DNA of 64,000 nucleotides from Acidimicrobiia bacterium (GTDB lineage Bacteria; Actinomycetota; Acidimicrobiia; Spongiisociales; ZC4RG35): positions 2,752,001 to 2,816,000 of the forward strand of contig OZ244034.1 in NCBI GenBank assembly GCA_965215185.1, in the 5' to 3' direction. Shown here one piece after another: positions 27,109 to 36,700 of the stretch. Numbering within the stretch: the first letter of the stretch is position 1; each line of letters opens with the position of its first letter. A program made the position numbers and the translations under genes. Under the pieces are notes generated by a model. The model saw only the letters and a list, made by a program, of their open reading frames with translations, was not told the origin of the DNA and ran no database searches.

Positions 27109-28320
27109 ATGCAAGTGCTAATCGCAGATAGATTTCCCGAAAAGTTCCTGCTGGAGATAGAGAAGCTCGGGTACAAATACCAGCTTCGCCCCGATCTCAT
27201 GGGTTCATCCCTTCGGGAAGCCCTTTCTGGTGTGCAGGTGCTATTGGTGCGATCCACCGAGATATCGGCTCGGACCATTGAAGCAGCCCCCGATCTGGGG
27301 TGGATTATCCGGGCAGGCGCCGGCTACAACACCATCGACTGTGAGGCTGCCGCCCGGCGGGCCATTTGGGTGTCCAATGTTCCCGGCCGCAACTCCATCG
27401 CAGTTGCGGAGTTGACGATGGGGTTAATTCTGGCTTTGGACCGACGCATACCCGACAACGTGATCGCTATTCGCCAAAAGCGGTGGATGAAAAAGGAGTT
27501 CTCCCAAGCCCAGGGGTTATATGGGAAAACCCTGGGCGTAGTGGGGATGGGTCGCGTCGGCATCGAGGTGGCCAGACGCGCTCTTGGGTTTGGTTTGAAG
27601 ATCTTAGCCCTTGAGAAGTCCCGCTCGCTAAAGACGAGACTTCAGAAGGAGGAGTTGGGGGTGATTTTTGTGTCCCGGCTGGAGGATCTCTTCGAGAAGT
27701 CGGACATCGTGAGCCTTCACATTCCGGCCACACGGCACACCAGAGGGATGGTCTCGACAGATTTGTTGTCTCTGATGAAGCCCGGCTCTTTCCTGATCAA
27801 TACCTCTCGCCCGGCAGTGGTGGACGAGCCCGCCTTGGTTGCGGCGCTCGATCGACAGGACCTATGGGTCGGAATTGATGTTTTCTCCGACGAGCCGGCC
27901 TCGGTTTCCGGGAATTGGGATTCGGCGCTGGTGAGCCATCCCCGTGTATACACGACCCACCACATCGGCGCCTCCACCCAGCAGGCCCAGGAGTCCATAG
28001 CCGCCGAGGTGGTGAGGATGCTGGAGAACTATGCGTTGGGGCAGATTAGTAACGTAGTGAACCTGGGCGTGTTGCCGCCGACCGGGACTTTTCTAACCAT
28101 TCGTCACAGAGACAAGGTGGGGGTGCTGTCCGGAGTCTTGATCGCCATGAGATCGTTGGGGCTCAATGTGCAACATATGACGAACCAGGTGTTCAGTGGC
28201 GCGGGAACCGCGGCGGCGGTCATACAGGTGAAAGGAGAGACACCGGAAAACATGGTGGCTGTGCTGGAGAATCTGCCCCACATCTTGGGTGTTACCACCC
28301 AACGCAGCGAGCAAATGTGA
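27109..28320 (+). CDS. serA: D-3-phosphoglycerate dehydrogenase-like 2-hydroxyacid dehydrogenase with ACT domain
   Basis: RAGAGYNTID, GMGRVG, INTSR, DVFSDEP, THHIGASTQQAQ; C-terminal HRDKVGVL ACT domain. Confidence 0.75.
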   Translation: MQVLIADRFPEKFLLEIEKLGYKYQLRPDLMGSSLREALSGVQVLLVRSTEISARTIEAAPDLGWIIRAGAGYNTIDCEAAARRAIWVSNVPGRNSIAVAELTMGLILALDRRIPDNVIAIRQKRWMKKEFSQAQGLYGKTLGVVGMGRVGIEVARRALGFGLKILALEKSRSLKTRLQKEELGVIFVSRLEDLFEKSDIVSLHIPATRHTRGMVSTDLLSLMKPGSFLINTSRPAVVDEPALVAALDRQDLWVGIDVFSDEPASVSGNWDSALVSHPRVYTTHHIGASTQQAQESIAAEVVRMLENYALGQISNVVNLGVLPPTGTFLTIRHRDKVGVLSGVLIAMRSLGLNVQHMTNQVFSGAGTAAAVIQVKGETPENMVAVLENLPHILGVTTQRSEQM

Positions 28321-29501
28321 TGGAAGGCTGGCTGCAGCCGGCCCAAGTCCGGCTAGTCTCACCCAAATTCGCATGGCGGGTGGTTTCTCCCGACTATGAC
28401 TCTATGACTCGCTATGAGATCTACCGGTGGGCCTCGGAGAACCCTGATTCGTTTTGCAACGCCTTCGCCCCCTCGGCGAGTTGGCCCAACCGTTCCTTCC
28501 AGGAGTTGATGAACCAGGCCGCCGACTATGTGGAACGTCAACTCCGCAAGGGAGCGTTCGGTCCGTTGTTGGAGGGGCTGTTTGTGTATCGGATCACCGA
28601 AGACGGTCACCGCCAGACCGGCGTGGTGGGAGATGCGCCGGTGGCGGCCGTCCCGAAAAGGCTTGTTCCGCATGAAGCCACCCGCACCGATCGGGAGGAG
28701 GAACTCTACAACTACATGGGGGAAGTGGGTTACAGCTCCAGTCCGATGGGGCTGGGCTACCCTCCCCAGGCGCAGATCCACCAGATGGTGGAAGAGACCT
28801 GTGAGCACACTCCTAACGTGTCAGTGACCCTTGAAAACGGGTCCCTGCATCAAATCTGGGTAATCCCCCCGGACATGACTGCCCGCCTGCTGGGGGAGTT
28901 TGCCAAGATTCCCAAGGCGTATATCGTCGACGGACACCATCGGGCCGCCGCCTCCGTTCGTCATGCCACCCGGTGGGGCGCAGATCGCACTCACCCGGCC
29001 GGGAGGATGCTGGTGGCGGCCTTTCCAACAGATCAGCTTTGTATAAAGCCTTATCACAGATGGGTGGCGGAAGAAATAACTGGGGAACGGTTGCAGCGAA
29101 AGGTGGGGGCGGTAAGGACCGCGGTGCGTCCCGCCACCATGGGAGAAGCGGTGGCTGTTACCGGTGAGGGCTGTTGGTCGATCAAGTTGTCTCCCGGCCC
29201 AGGAGAAATGGATGCGGCGGCCCTCTACCGCAACGTCCTATATCCCGGGTTGGATGTGATCGACGAGCGCACGGATTCCCGGATGGGTTTCATTTCCGAT
29301 CGGGAAGGTCTGAAGGGAGTGGTAAACCAGGTGGCCGAACATGGAGGCATCGGCTTCATGCTGGCCCCCGCCACCATGGAACAGGTGATTCACGCCGCCG
29401 ACCAAAGGCTGCCCGTACCCCCTAAGGCAACCTTTTTCGTACCCAAGCCGCGCTCGGGGTTTTTCCTGGCTCCCCGGCACGGAGATCATTTTCCCGCCTA
29501 G
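28317..29501 (+). CDS. DUF1015 family protein
   Basis: SPDYD, PHEAT, YIVDGHHR, PPKATFFVPKPRSG; GTGA overlap with the serA-like stop. Confidence 0.8.
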   Translation: MMEGWLQPAQVRLVSPKFAWRVVSPDYDSMTRYEIYRWASENPDSFCNAFAPSASWPNRSFQELMNQAADYVERQLRKGAFGPLLEGLFVYRITEDGHRQTGVVGDAPVAAVPKRLVPHEATRTDREEELYNYMGEVGYSSSPMGLGYPPQAQIHQMVEETCEHTPNVSVTLENGSLHQIWVIPPDMTARLLGEFAKIPKAYIVDGHHRAAASVRHATRWGADRTHPAGRMLVAAFPTDQLCIKPYHRWVAEEITGERLQRKVGAVRTAVRPATMGEAVAVTGEGCWSIKLSPGPGEMDAAALYRNVLYPGLDVIDERTDSRMGFISDREGLKGVVNQVAEHGGIGFMLAPATMEQVIHAADQRLPVPPKATFFVPKPRSGFFLAPRHGDHFPA

Positions 29502-29523
29502 TTGGCTTGGGGGAAGTTTTCTT

Positions 29524-30684
29524 TCAAAGCTGGTCCCACAGGTTGCCGGCAGCCAGGTCGATAGCGGTCCAAGCCATAGCCACGGCGCCGTCAAAAATCG
29601 CCTGGTGGCCGTCCGGAGTGATGGTTTGGCGGGTGAAGTCGGGTTGGTGGTTGCCGATAGGAGCGCAATGGAGGGAAAGCATGGGGTGGATGGAGGGAAC
29701 CACCAGGGAAACGTTGCCCATGTCGGTTGAACCGGCTTCCGATGGTGACAGGTCGGAACCCTTTCTAAGCGGCCGACCCAAAGCGGCGGAATTGGCGGCG
29801 TAAAGTTTGGTTAGGAGGGGATTGCTGACCAGCTCGGTGTAACCGTGCCCGAGGGTCTCGATCTCCACCTGACATCCGGTAGCCATCGCGGCCGCTTCGA
29901 AACAAGCCATAACGCGCTCTTTCAAGACATCGAGCCGCTCGAGGTCCAGAGATCTGACGTACCACTTGGAGCGGGTCAACGCCGGGATAATGTTGGGCGC
30001 CTGACCGCCTTCGGTGATAATCCCGTGGATCTTGTCGGTGGGCAAGATGTGCTGGCGGAGAGTAGAGAGGTTGACATAGGCCTGCACAAAGGCGTCGAGG
30101 GCATTGAGACCCTGGTGGGGATATGCGGAGGCGTGGGCTTCCTTGCCGTGGAAGACAACGTCCAGTTGAGTGATGGCCAGAAAGGGGGCGTCCACCACAT
30201 CCCGGGGAGCGGGGTGAATCATCATGGCGGCGGAGGCTCCTGCGAAAGCCTGGGCGTTGATCAAGTCCACCTTTCCGCCGAATGCTTCTTCGGCCGGCGT
30301 CCCCAGCACGGTGAGTCGGAATCCCAGTTGCTCTACCACGGGGAGTAGCGCCAATCCGGCTCCCACCGCCGCCGAGGCGATGATGTTGTGCCCGCATGCG
30401 TGCCCCACGTCGGGAAGTGCGTCGTATTCGCAGCAGATAATCAGTTCGGGTCCGTCACTGCCGGCGCGGGCGGCAAAGGCGGTTTCCAGACCGTAGGCGG
30501 GATACTCCACCGTGAATCCGTATCCCCCCAGGACTTGGACGAGTCTCTCGGAGGAGAGGTGCTCCTGGTAGGCCAGTTCCGGATGGTCATAGAGCCAGCG
30601 ATTCAGTTCCTCCAAATTAGGTTGCTGGTCGACAATTCGTTCTTTGGTCTCTTCTTTGAGAGCAACATTTGCCGGGTCGGACAT
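29524..30684 (-). CDS. M20 family amidohydrolase (PM20D2/AbgB-like)
   Basis: HPELAYQE, EYDALP..GHACGHN, GTPAEE, GSTDMGNVS, H near the C-terminus. Confidence 0.9.
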   Translation of the reverse strand: MSDPANVALKEETKERIVDQQPNLEELNRWLYDHPELAYQEHLSSERLVQVLGGYGFTVEYPAYGLETAFAARAGSDGPELIICCEYDALPDVGHACGHNIIASAAVGAGLALLPVVEQLGFRLTVLGTPAEEAFGGKVDLINAQAFAGASAAMMIHPAPRDVVDAPFLAITQLDVVFHGKEAHASAYPHQGLNALDAFVQAYVNLSTLRQHILPTDKIHGIITEGGQAPNIIPALTRSKWYVRSLDLERLDVLKERVMACFEAAAMATGCQVEIETLGHGYTELVSNPLLTKLYAANSAALGRPLRKGSDLSPSEAGSTDMGNVSLVVPSIHPMLSLHCAPIGNHQPDFTRQTITPDGHQAIFDGAVAMAWTAIDLAAGNLWDQL

Positions 30685-30822
30685 GGGTGGAGGTTTCCTC
30701 TCTGAAATTGGACCACGGGCCGATGGCCTGCGGCTTGTCAAGGCCAGATTACCAAAGCGCCGGTTTCACCTCTGCGACAGAAAAGGGGGGTGGCTAACCT
30801 CCGCGAAGTGGCGGTGAAGTAG

Positions 30823-31290
30823 ATGGATCTGTCGGAAATGGGGCTTTCCGGATTGAAACCGTCTGTGGAATTCGCCTTCCTGGCTGACGCTATTCAAGTA
30901 GTGGGAGGAAAGCTGTTCGCCCTGGGAGGGGGTTGGGATCAGTTGCTGGTGAGCCAACTCCCCACCCGGCACTCATCAATGGGCATCGGTATGCGAATCA
31001 CCTTTCCCTGGGGATGGGACAAATCTCCGGTGAGTATGGGTGTGGATCTCCAGGACCAGGATGGCAGGAGCATCCTGGGTTCCCGAATGCCCCAGCGAAA
31101 ACTGCCAGTCAAGTCGCCTTCAGGTTTTGCCCCTGGATCGGTCTTCGGATATCCAATGGCTTTTACATTCAACTCACTTCCTTTTGAGGCGGAGGGAGAC
31201 CATTCCTTCGTGATCTATCTGGAAGGCGAGCCGGTTCATCGACTGCGATTTACCGTGCGCGAACGCAAGAGGCGCCTTCCGAGGGTCTAG
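30823..31290 (+). CDS. conserved hypothetical protein (DUF6941-like beta-sandwich)
   Basis: AFLADA..GGKLFALGGGWD...LQDQDG...F..EG.HSF pattern. Confidence 0.6.
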   Translation: MDLSEMGLSGLKPSVEFAFLADAIQVVGGKLFALGGGWDQLLVSQLPTRHSSMGIGMRITFPWGWDKSPVSMGVDLQDQDGRSILGSRMPQRKLPVKSPSGFAPGSVFGYPMAFTFNSLPFEAEGDHSFVIYLEGEPVHRLRFTVRERKRRLPRV

Positions 31291-31306
31291 GAATAACGGT
31301 TTGAAT

Positions 31307-31924
31307 ATGACCAAGATAAAGGCGGTTCTATTCGACTTGGGAGGGGTGATCTTAGAATCACCGCTTCACACCCTTTTCTCTTTTGAGGCTGAACAGGGGC
31401 TTCCCCCGGGGTCAGTAGGGCGAATCGTTTCGAACGGAGGCGGAACGGGTGCTTGGGCCCGTCACGAACGGGGAGAGATCAGCGCCGAGTGCTTCTATCG
31501 CTGCTTCGGCGAAGAAGCCCGACAAATGGGGTTGGATTTGGACGTTGCGCAGATGATGAGGAGAATCGAATCCGGCGTAGGTGTGCGGCCCCTGATGGTG
31601 GCGGCGGTGCGCCGACTGCGGAGAGAGGGTTTCCTGGTCGGGGCTGTCACCAACAACTGGAAAGGGCTGGATATGACTTCGGCGACGGAGAATTTCGAGA
31701 TGGTTGTGGAGTCCTGGGTGGAGGGGGTCCGCAAGCCCGAACCCGAGATCTATCGCCTGGCGCTTTCCCGGTTGGGAGTGGAGGCTGCCGAAGCGGTGAT
31801 GCTGGACGACATCGGGGCCAACCTTAAGACGGCCCGCCAGATGGGCATGGCCACCATCAAAGTAACCGATCCCACCGCTGCCTTGGAGGAGTTGGGCGCG
31901 CTGGTGGGAGTTGCACTCCCGTAA
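31307..31924 (+). CDS. HAD-family hydrolase (sEH/ACAD10 N-terminal-like)
   Basis: LFDLGGV, VTNN, GVRKPEPEIY, MLDDIGANL. Confidence 0.88.
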   Translation: MTKIKAVLFDLGGVILESPLHTLFSFEAEQGLPPGSVGRIVSNGGGTGAWARHERGEISAECFYRCFGEEARQMGLDLDVAQMMRRIESGVGVRPLMVAAVRRLRREGFLVGAVTNNWKGLDMTSATENFEMVVESWVEGVRKPEPEIYRLALSRLGVEAAEAVMLDDIGANLKTARQMGMATIKVTDPTAALEELGALVGVALP

Positions 31925-31942
31925 AGAAGGAGCCGTTATCAA

Positions 31943-33073
31943 ATGATTCTTCCATCGCTGCCGTCTGCCTACCGGGAACAGTTTTGTGAGCCCTTGGGGT
32001 TCATGAACTCGGCGGCCATCTCCAGCGTTTCTAGATTGGTGCAAAGCCGAGTGGCAGATTATGTGGCGGAGTTTTGCTCCGCCAACCAGAATCTCAGCAC
32101 CCTCCTGATGGAGGCGATGCAACAGGGGCGACAGTCGCTGGCGTCTCTGTTGGACGTGGAGGTTGATGGGGTAACCGTTACTCACACCACCGGGTCGGCG
32201 ATCTTCCATGTCGCCTTCGGTTTGAGGGGCGGGAACGTGGTGGCGCCAGAGGGGGAGTTCCCCACCAACCTCTATCCGTGGATTCGGGCTCAGCAGGCAG
32301 GTCTGATCGATGAAGTACGCCGGGTTCCATTGCCGGATCATCGGCTTACCCCTGATAGTCTGCGGCCCTTCGTCGACTCGTCCACCCGGGTGGTGGCGGT
32401 CAGCCATGTTGATTTTGCTACCGGGTTCCGCACCGATTTGGGGAAGCTTCGGGAGGCTTTCCCAACTCCGCTGCTGGTGGTGGACGCCATTCAGTCCCTG
32501 GGCGCCTTCGGGGTGGATGCCAAGGCGGTGGATGTGGTGGCGGCGGGCAGCCACAAGTGGATGAGAGCGGGATTCGGAGGCGCGGTGATGATGGCTTCCG
32601 ATCGCGCTATGCAACGCTTGACGCCGACCCTCACCGGATGGATGGGTGTGGCCGATCCACTGGACTTTCAGGCCCCTCCGCCCCACCCTCCCTCCCCATC
32701 AGCCACCCGGTACCAAATGAGCAGCGATCCGGTGATGGGGGCGGTAGCGCTGGCCACCGCCTGTGAAGTGATCAATCTGGCCGGGCAGGCAGCCATCAGC
32801 CGTCGTATCTCGGCGACAGTGGACAGGCTGGAGGAGGAGCTGGAGAGAGCCGGGTGCGAACTACGCCGGCCATGGAAGAACCCCAGCGAGAGGGCGGGGA
32901 TCCTAACTTTCCGGGTACCGGGCCACCCATCTGGACAGGTGGTCGAGGATATGCGAGAACGAGGAGTGGTGCTGGCTGATCGAGCCGGATGGGTGAGAGT
33001 TTCTCCGCATGCCACCACCGCCGAGGAGTCCATCGACCTACTTTTGGAGGGGCTGTCTTCCCTGTTGTCTTAG
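31943..33073 (+). CDS. PLP-dependent class V aminotransferase-fold enzyme
   Basis: EFPTN, VVDAIQSLG, AGSHKW (PLP Lys), VRVSPH; no SufS-type catalytic Cys loop. Confidence 0.85.
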   Translation: MILPSLPSAYREQFCEPLGFMNSAAISSVSRLVQSRVADYVAEFCSANQNLSTLLMEAMQQGRQSLASLLDVEVDGVTVTHTTGSAIFHVAFGLRGGNVVAPEGEFPTNLYPWIRAQQAGLIDEVRRVPLPDHRLTPDSLRPFVDSSTRVVAVSHVDFATGFRTDLGKLREAFPTPLLVVDAIQSLGAFGVDAKAVDVVAAGSHKWMRAGFGGAVMMASDRAMQRLTPTLTGWMGVADPLDFQAPPPHPPSPSATRYQMSSDPVMGAVALATACEVINLAGQAAISRRISATVDRLEEELERAGCELRRPWKNPSERAGILTFRVPGHPSGQVVEDMRERGVVLADRAGWVRVSPHATTAEESIDLLLEGLSSLLS

Positions 33074-33171
33074 GAGAGACAAACACAAAAAGAGAGCCGC
33101 GGAGTTTTCAGTCGAGACGGCGCACTTATCGGATTTGGCGACTTGAGGTTCCCCACTGGATCGGAGTTTTT

Positions 33172-33615
33172 CTAAATGGCGGCTGCATCGTCCAATTCGG
33201 CTACCCGTTCAGCAACCTCCAGGGGTGGAAGGGTGCTGTCTACGGTGGTCTGTTCGGGGACGTCGGCGGTGGGGACCGGGTGGTTGGCGACCCAGATGAC
33301 CCTCCGAACCCCAGCTTCGGACGCGGCCTGCGCCCACTGGGCCAACAGTTGCGGGGCGTCGGCGGCGAAAGATATCTCTCGTCCGTCATGGACGGCTTCG
33401 CAGACCAAGACGGCGGTGTGACAGCGGAGGCATGCTGCGGACAGGTGTGAAGTGTCGGAGATGTCGCCCAGGGCCACCTTAACTCCCGCCTCTTTGAATC
33501 GGGCCCCCCGGAAAGGATCGGAGACAAATGCCCGGACCTCCCGGTCGGGGTCAGTCACCCGGTCGACAATCATCTCGCCGGTGGGAGTATCTGCTCCAAC
33601 CACGATCACCGGCAC
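33172..33615 (-). CDS. NAD(P)-binding Rossmann-like protein (NmrA-like, short)
   Basis: VIVVGADTPTG...EVRAFV...GVKVALGDISD. Confidence 0.65.
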   Translation of the reverse strand: MPVIVVGADTPTGEMIVDRVTDPDREVRAFVSDPFRGARFKEAGVKVALGDISDTSHLSAACLRCHTAVLVCEAVHDGREISFAADAPQLLAQWAQAASEAGVRRVIWVANHPVPTADVPEQTTVDSTLPPLEVAERVAELDDAAAI

Positions 33616-33740
33616 CTTTCAACACCTCCTGAGTGGGCTTCCCCGGCTTCGCTAGCCGGAATCCTGGGTTTTGGCGTATGCGATTTCCATTAGTTTAAAT
33701 GGATTCCTGCTAATAGGGGCTATTGGAGTACTCAGGTCTA

Positions 33741-36700
33741 ATGAACAAACGCAATTCCCGCTTTCACGACGCCTGTGGGGTGGGCCTGATTGCGGATCGG
33801 AGTCTGGCGCCTTCCTATCGGCTGACCAGGCTTGCCGTGGAGTGCCTGGTGCGGCTCGATCATCGCGGGGCCAAGACCGCCGACGGCACGGGCGATGGCG
33901 CCGGTCTTCTCACCCAGATACCCCGTCGGCTACTCAACCGGTACCTAAGCGGTATGGGGGTCACTGCTCCCAAACGTCTGGGAGTGGTAATGGCGTTTCT
34001 CCCCGCCGAAGACCCACGGCCGGGAGAGGAATTGGTCGAGGAAGCCCTGTTGAAGGAGAAAATGCCTCTATTGGCATGGCGTTCCGTACCCACCGATCCC
34101 GATTCTCTCAGCCCCCGCGCCCGCCGGTTGATGCCCGTCATTCGCCAGGCTTTGGTGAGCCTTCCCGGTGATCTCGATTCCGAAGATGTCGAAAGACGCC
34201 TGTTTCTGGCCAGAAAGCGTATGGAGAGGACAGGGGAGAGTCTCCAGTCCTTTTCGATCCCCAGTGCCTCGGCCCGCACGGTGGTGTACAAGGGTCTTTT
34301 CACTGCCAGGCGAATCAGCGACTTCTACTGGGACTTGGTGGACCCCGATTATGAGACATCCTTCGCCATTTTCCACCAGCGCTATTCCACCAACACCTCC
34401 CCCGCCTGGGAGATAGCCCAGCCTTTCCGGTCCCTCGCCCACAACGGGGAGATCAACACCATCTCGGCCAACCGGAGCTGGATGAAGGCGCGGGAGCGCA
34501 GTGTTCGTTCCCGAATCTGGGGAGACCGGCTGAAAGATCTGCGTCCCTTTGTGCAGCCCGGCCTTTCGGATTCCGCCAGCCTGGACAACGTGTTCGAGTT
34601 GCTTTTGCGCTCCGGACGTTCCCTCTCCCATGTCAAGGAGATGCTCATCCCACCGGTTTGGGATCAGGTTTTCACGGTTGAACCTGAGATACAAGATTTC
34701 TATGAGTACCACTCCTCTTTGACCGAACCCTGGGATGGTCCGGCGTCAGTGGCGGTCACCGACGGAATCTCACTTCTGGCCGGTATGGACCGAAACGGCC
34801 TGCGCCCGGCTCGTTGGACGATCACTCCCGACATGCTGATAGTGGCTTCGGAAGCGGGGGTGTGTCCGTCGGAGGAAGCGAAGGCGGAACGCACCGGGCA
34901 ACTGGGTCCGGGGGAGACGGTCCTCTTCGACGGGGAAACCGGACGGATCCGGTTCAGCGACGAGATTCGCGCCGAATTGAGTGGGCGCCGCCCCTACGGG
35001 GAGTGGACAGAGCATCAGACCCTCTACGTCCAGAAGCCTTTTTCTGCCCATGAAAGGTTCGAGATAGAACATGAGAGACTGTGCCGGGTGTTCGGCTACA
35101 CGGCGGAGGAGCATCGTCTGATCCTCGCCGATATGGCCTTGGGTAAGAGCCCGCTGGGCTCGATGGGAAGCGATACCCCTCTGGCCGCTTTCTCCGGGCG
35201 TCCCCGACGGCTGAGCCATTACTTCCATCAGCTTTTCGCGCAGGTAACCAATCCCCCCATGGATCCCATTCGAGAGAAAGCCATGATGTCTCTGCGAACC
35301 TATCTGGGAGGGCGGGGATCGTTCTTGGCGGACAGCTATCGACCCTTCGCCCGAATGGAGCTGATGTCTCCAGTGCTGTCCCTCGCCGAACTGGAAATGG
35401 TGGTGCGATCCGGCGATCCACGCCTGTTCTCGCATTGGATTCCGTGTGTGTGGCCGGTCGAGGAAGGCCAGGAGGGCATGAAACGGAGGCTCGACCAAAT
35501 CTGTGAAGAGGCGGTGGAGGCCACCGAGCAGGGAGCCAGCATCATCGTGCTGTCGGATCGGGAAGTCGACTCCGCCCATGCCCCGACGCCCATGATGTTG
35601 GCGGTGGGGGCGGTGCACCGTTGTCTGATCGAACGTGGCCTGCGGCTGCAGGTCTCCATAGTGGCGGTGTCCGGAGAGACTCGCGACAGCCACGATCTGG
35701 CCTGTCTGGTGGCCTACGGAGCATCGGCCGTCAATCCCTATTTGGCGATTCGTGAGATCATGAACATGGCCCACGACGGTGTGTTGAGGGTGAACCCGGT
35801 GGAGGCCCAGGAAAACTACCGGAACGCATTGCAGAACGGCCTTTTGAAGGTGATGTCCAAAATGGGGATCTGTACGGTCTCCGCCTACCGAGGAAGCGAA
35901 TTGTTCGAAGCGCTGGGACTGGACACCGAGGTGTTGGAGTTTGCCTTCCCCAACACGCCCAGCAGGTTGTCGGGCCGGGGCTTTGATCACCTAGCCTGGA
36001 ATACCCTCCGTTTGCATTCCCTCTACACGTCGGGGACGGAGGATCCGGGGGGTTTCTACAAGCAGCGAGGAAGGGGAGAGTTCCACGTAACCAGTCCCAG
36101 TGTGGTGCTTTCCTTGCAGAGGGCGGCCCGGTCGGGGAACCAAGAAGACTGGGACCGCTACCTGAAAACGATCCAGCAGCGACCCGTCACCCACATTCGT
36201 GATCTCTTGACATTCGTGGAACAGACCCCGGTTCGTCTCTCGGAAGTGGAGCCGGCCGAGTCCATAATGCGTCGATTCGTGACCTCGGCGATGTCTCATG
36301 GCGCTCTTTCCAAGGAGGCGCACGAGGCCTTGGCTCAAGCCATGACCCTTATCGGAGGCAATTCCAACTCCGGCGAGGGTGGAGAGGGCCCCGAACGCTA
36401 TGGCACGCCGCGCAACTCTTCCATCAAGCAGGTGGCGAGCGGGCGTTTCGGGGTGACTCCCGGATATCTCCACTCGGCCTCTGAACTGCAGATCAAGATG
36501 GCCCAGGGATCCAAACCCGGAGAGGGCGGCCAGTTGCCGGGACATAAAGTATCTCCGGAGATTGCCCGGCTGCGCCACACCAAGCCGGGGGTGACCCTCA
36601 TCTCCCCCCCACCCCATCATGACATTTATTCGATCGAGGATCTTGCTCAACTCATCTATGACCTAAAAACCTTCAAGCCAACGGTCAAGGTCTCTGTCAA

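Noticed and set aside
31943-33073. The missing SufS cysteine desulfurase
   Set aside because: It has the class V PLP fold but lacks the RxGHHC or SSGSAC catalytic Cys loop
31412-35990. Long antisense or alternate-frame ORFs (for example 31412-32686 and 34770-35990, also 13930-14988)
   Set aside because: Shadow ORFs of well-supported genes, typical of high-GC DNA, with no motifs of their own
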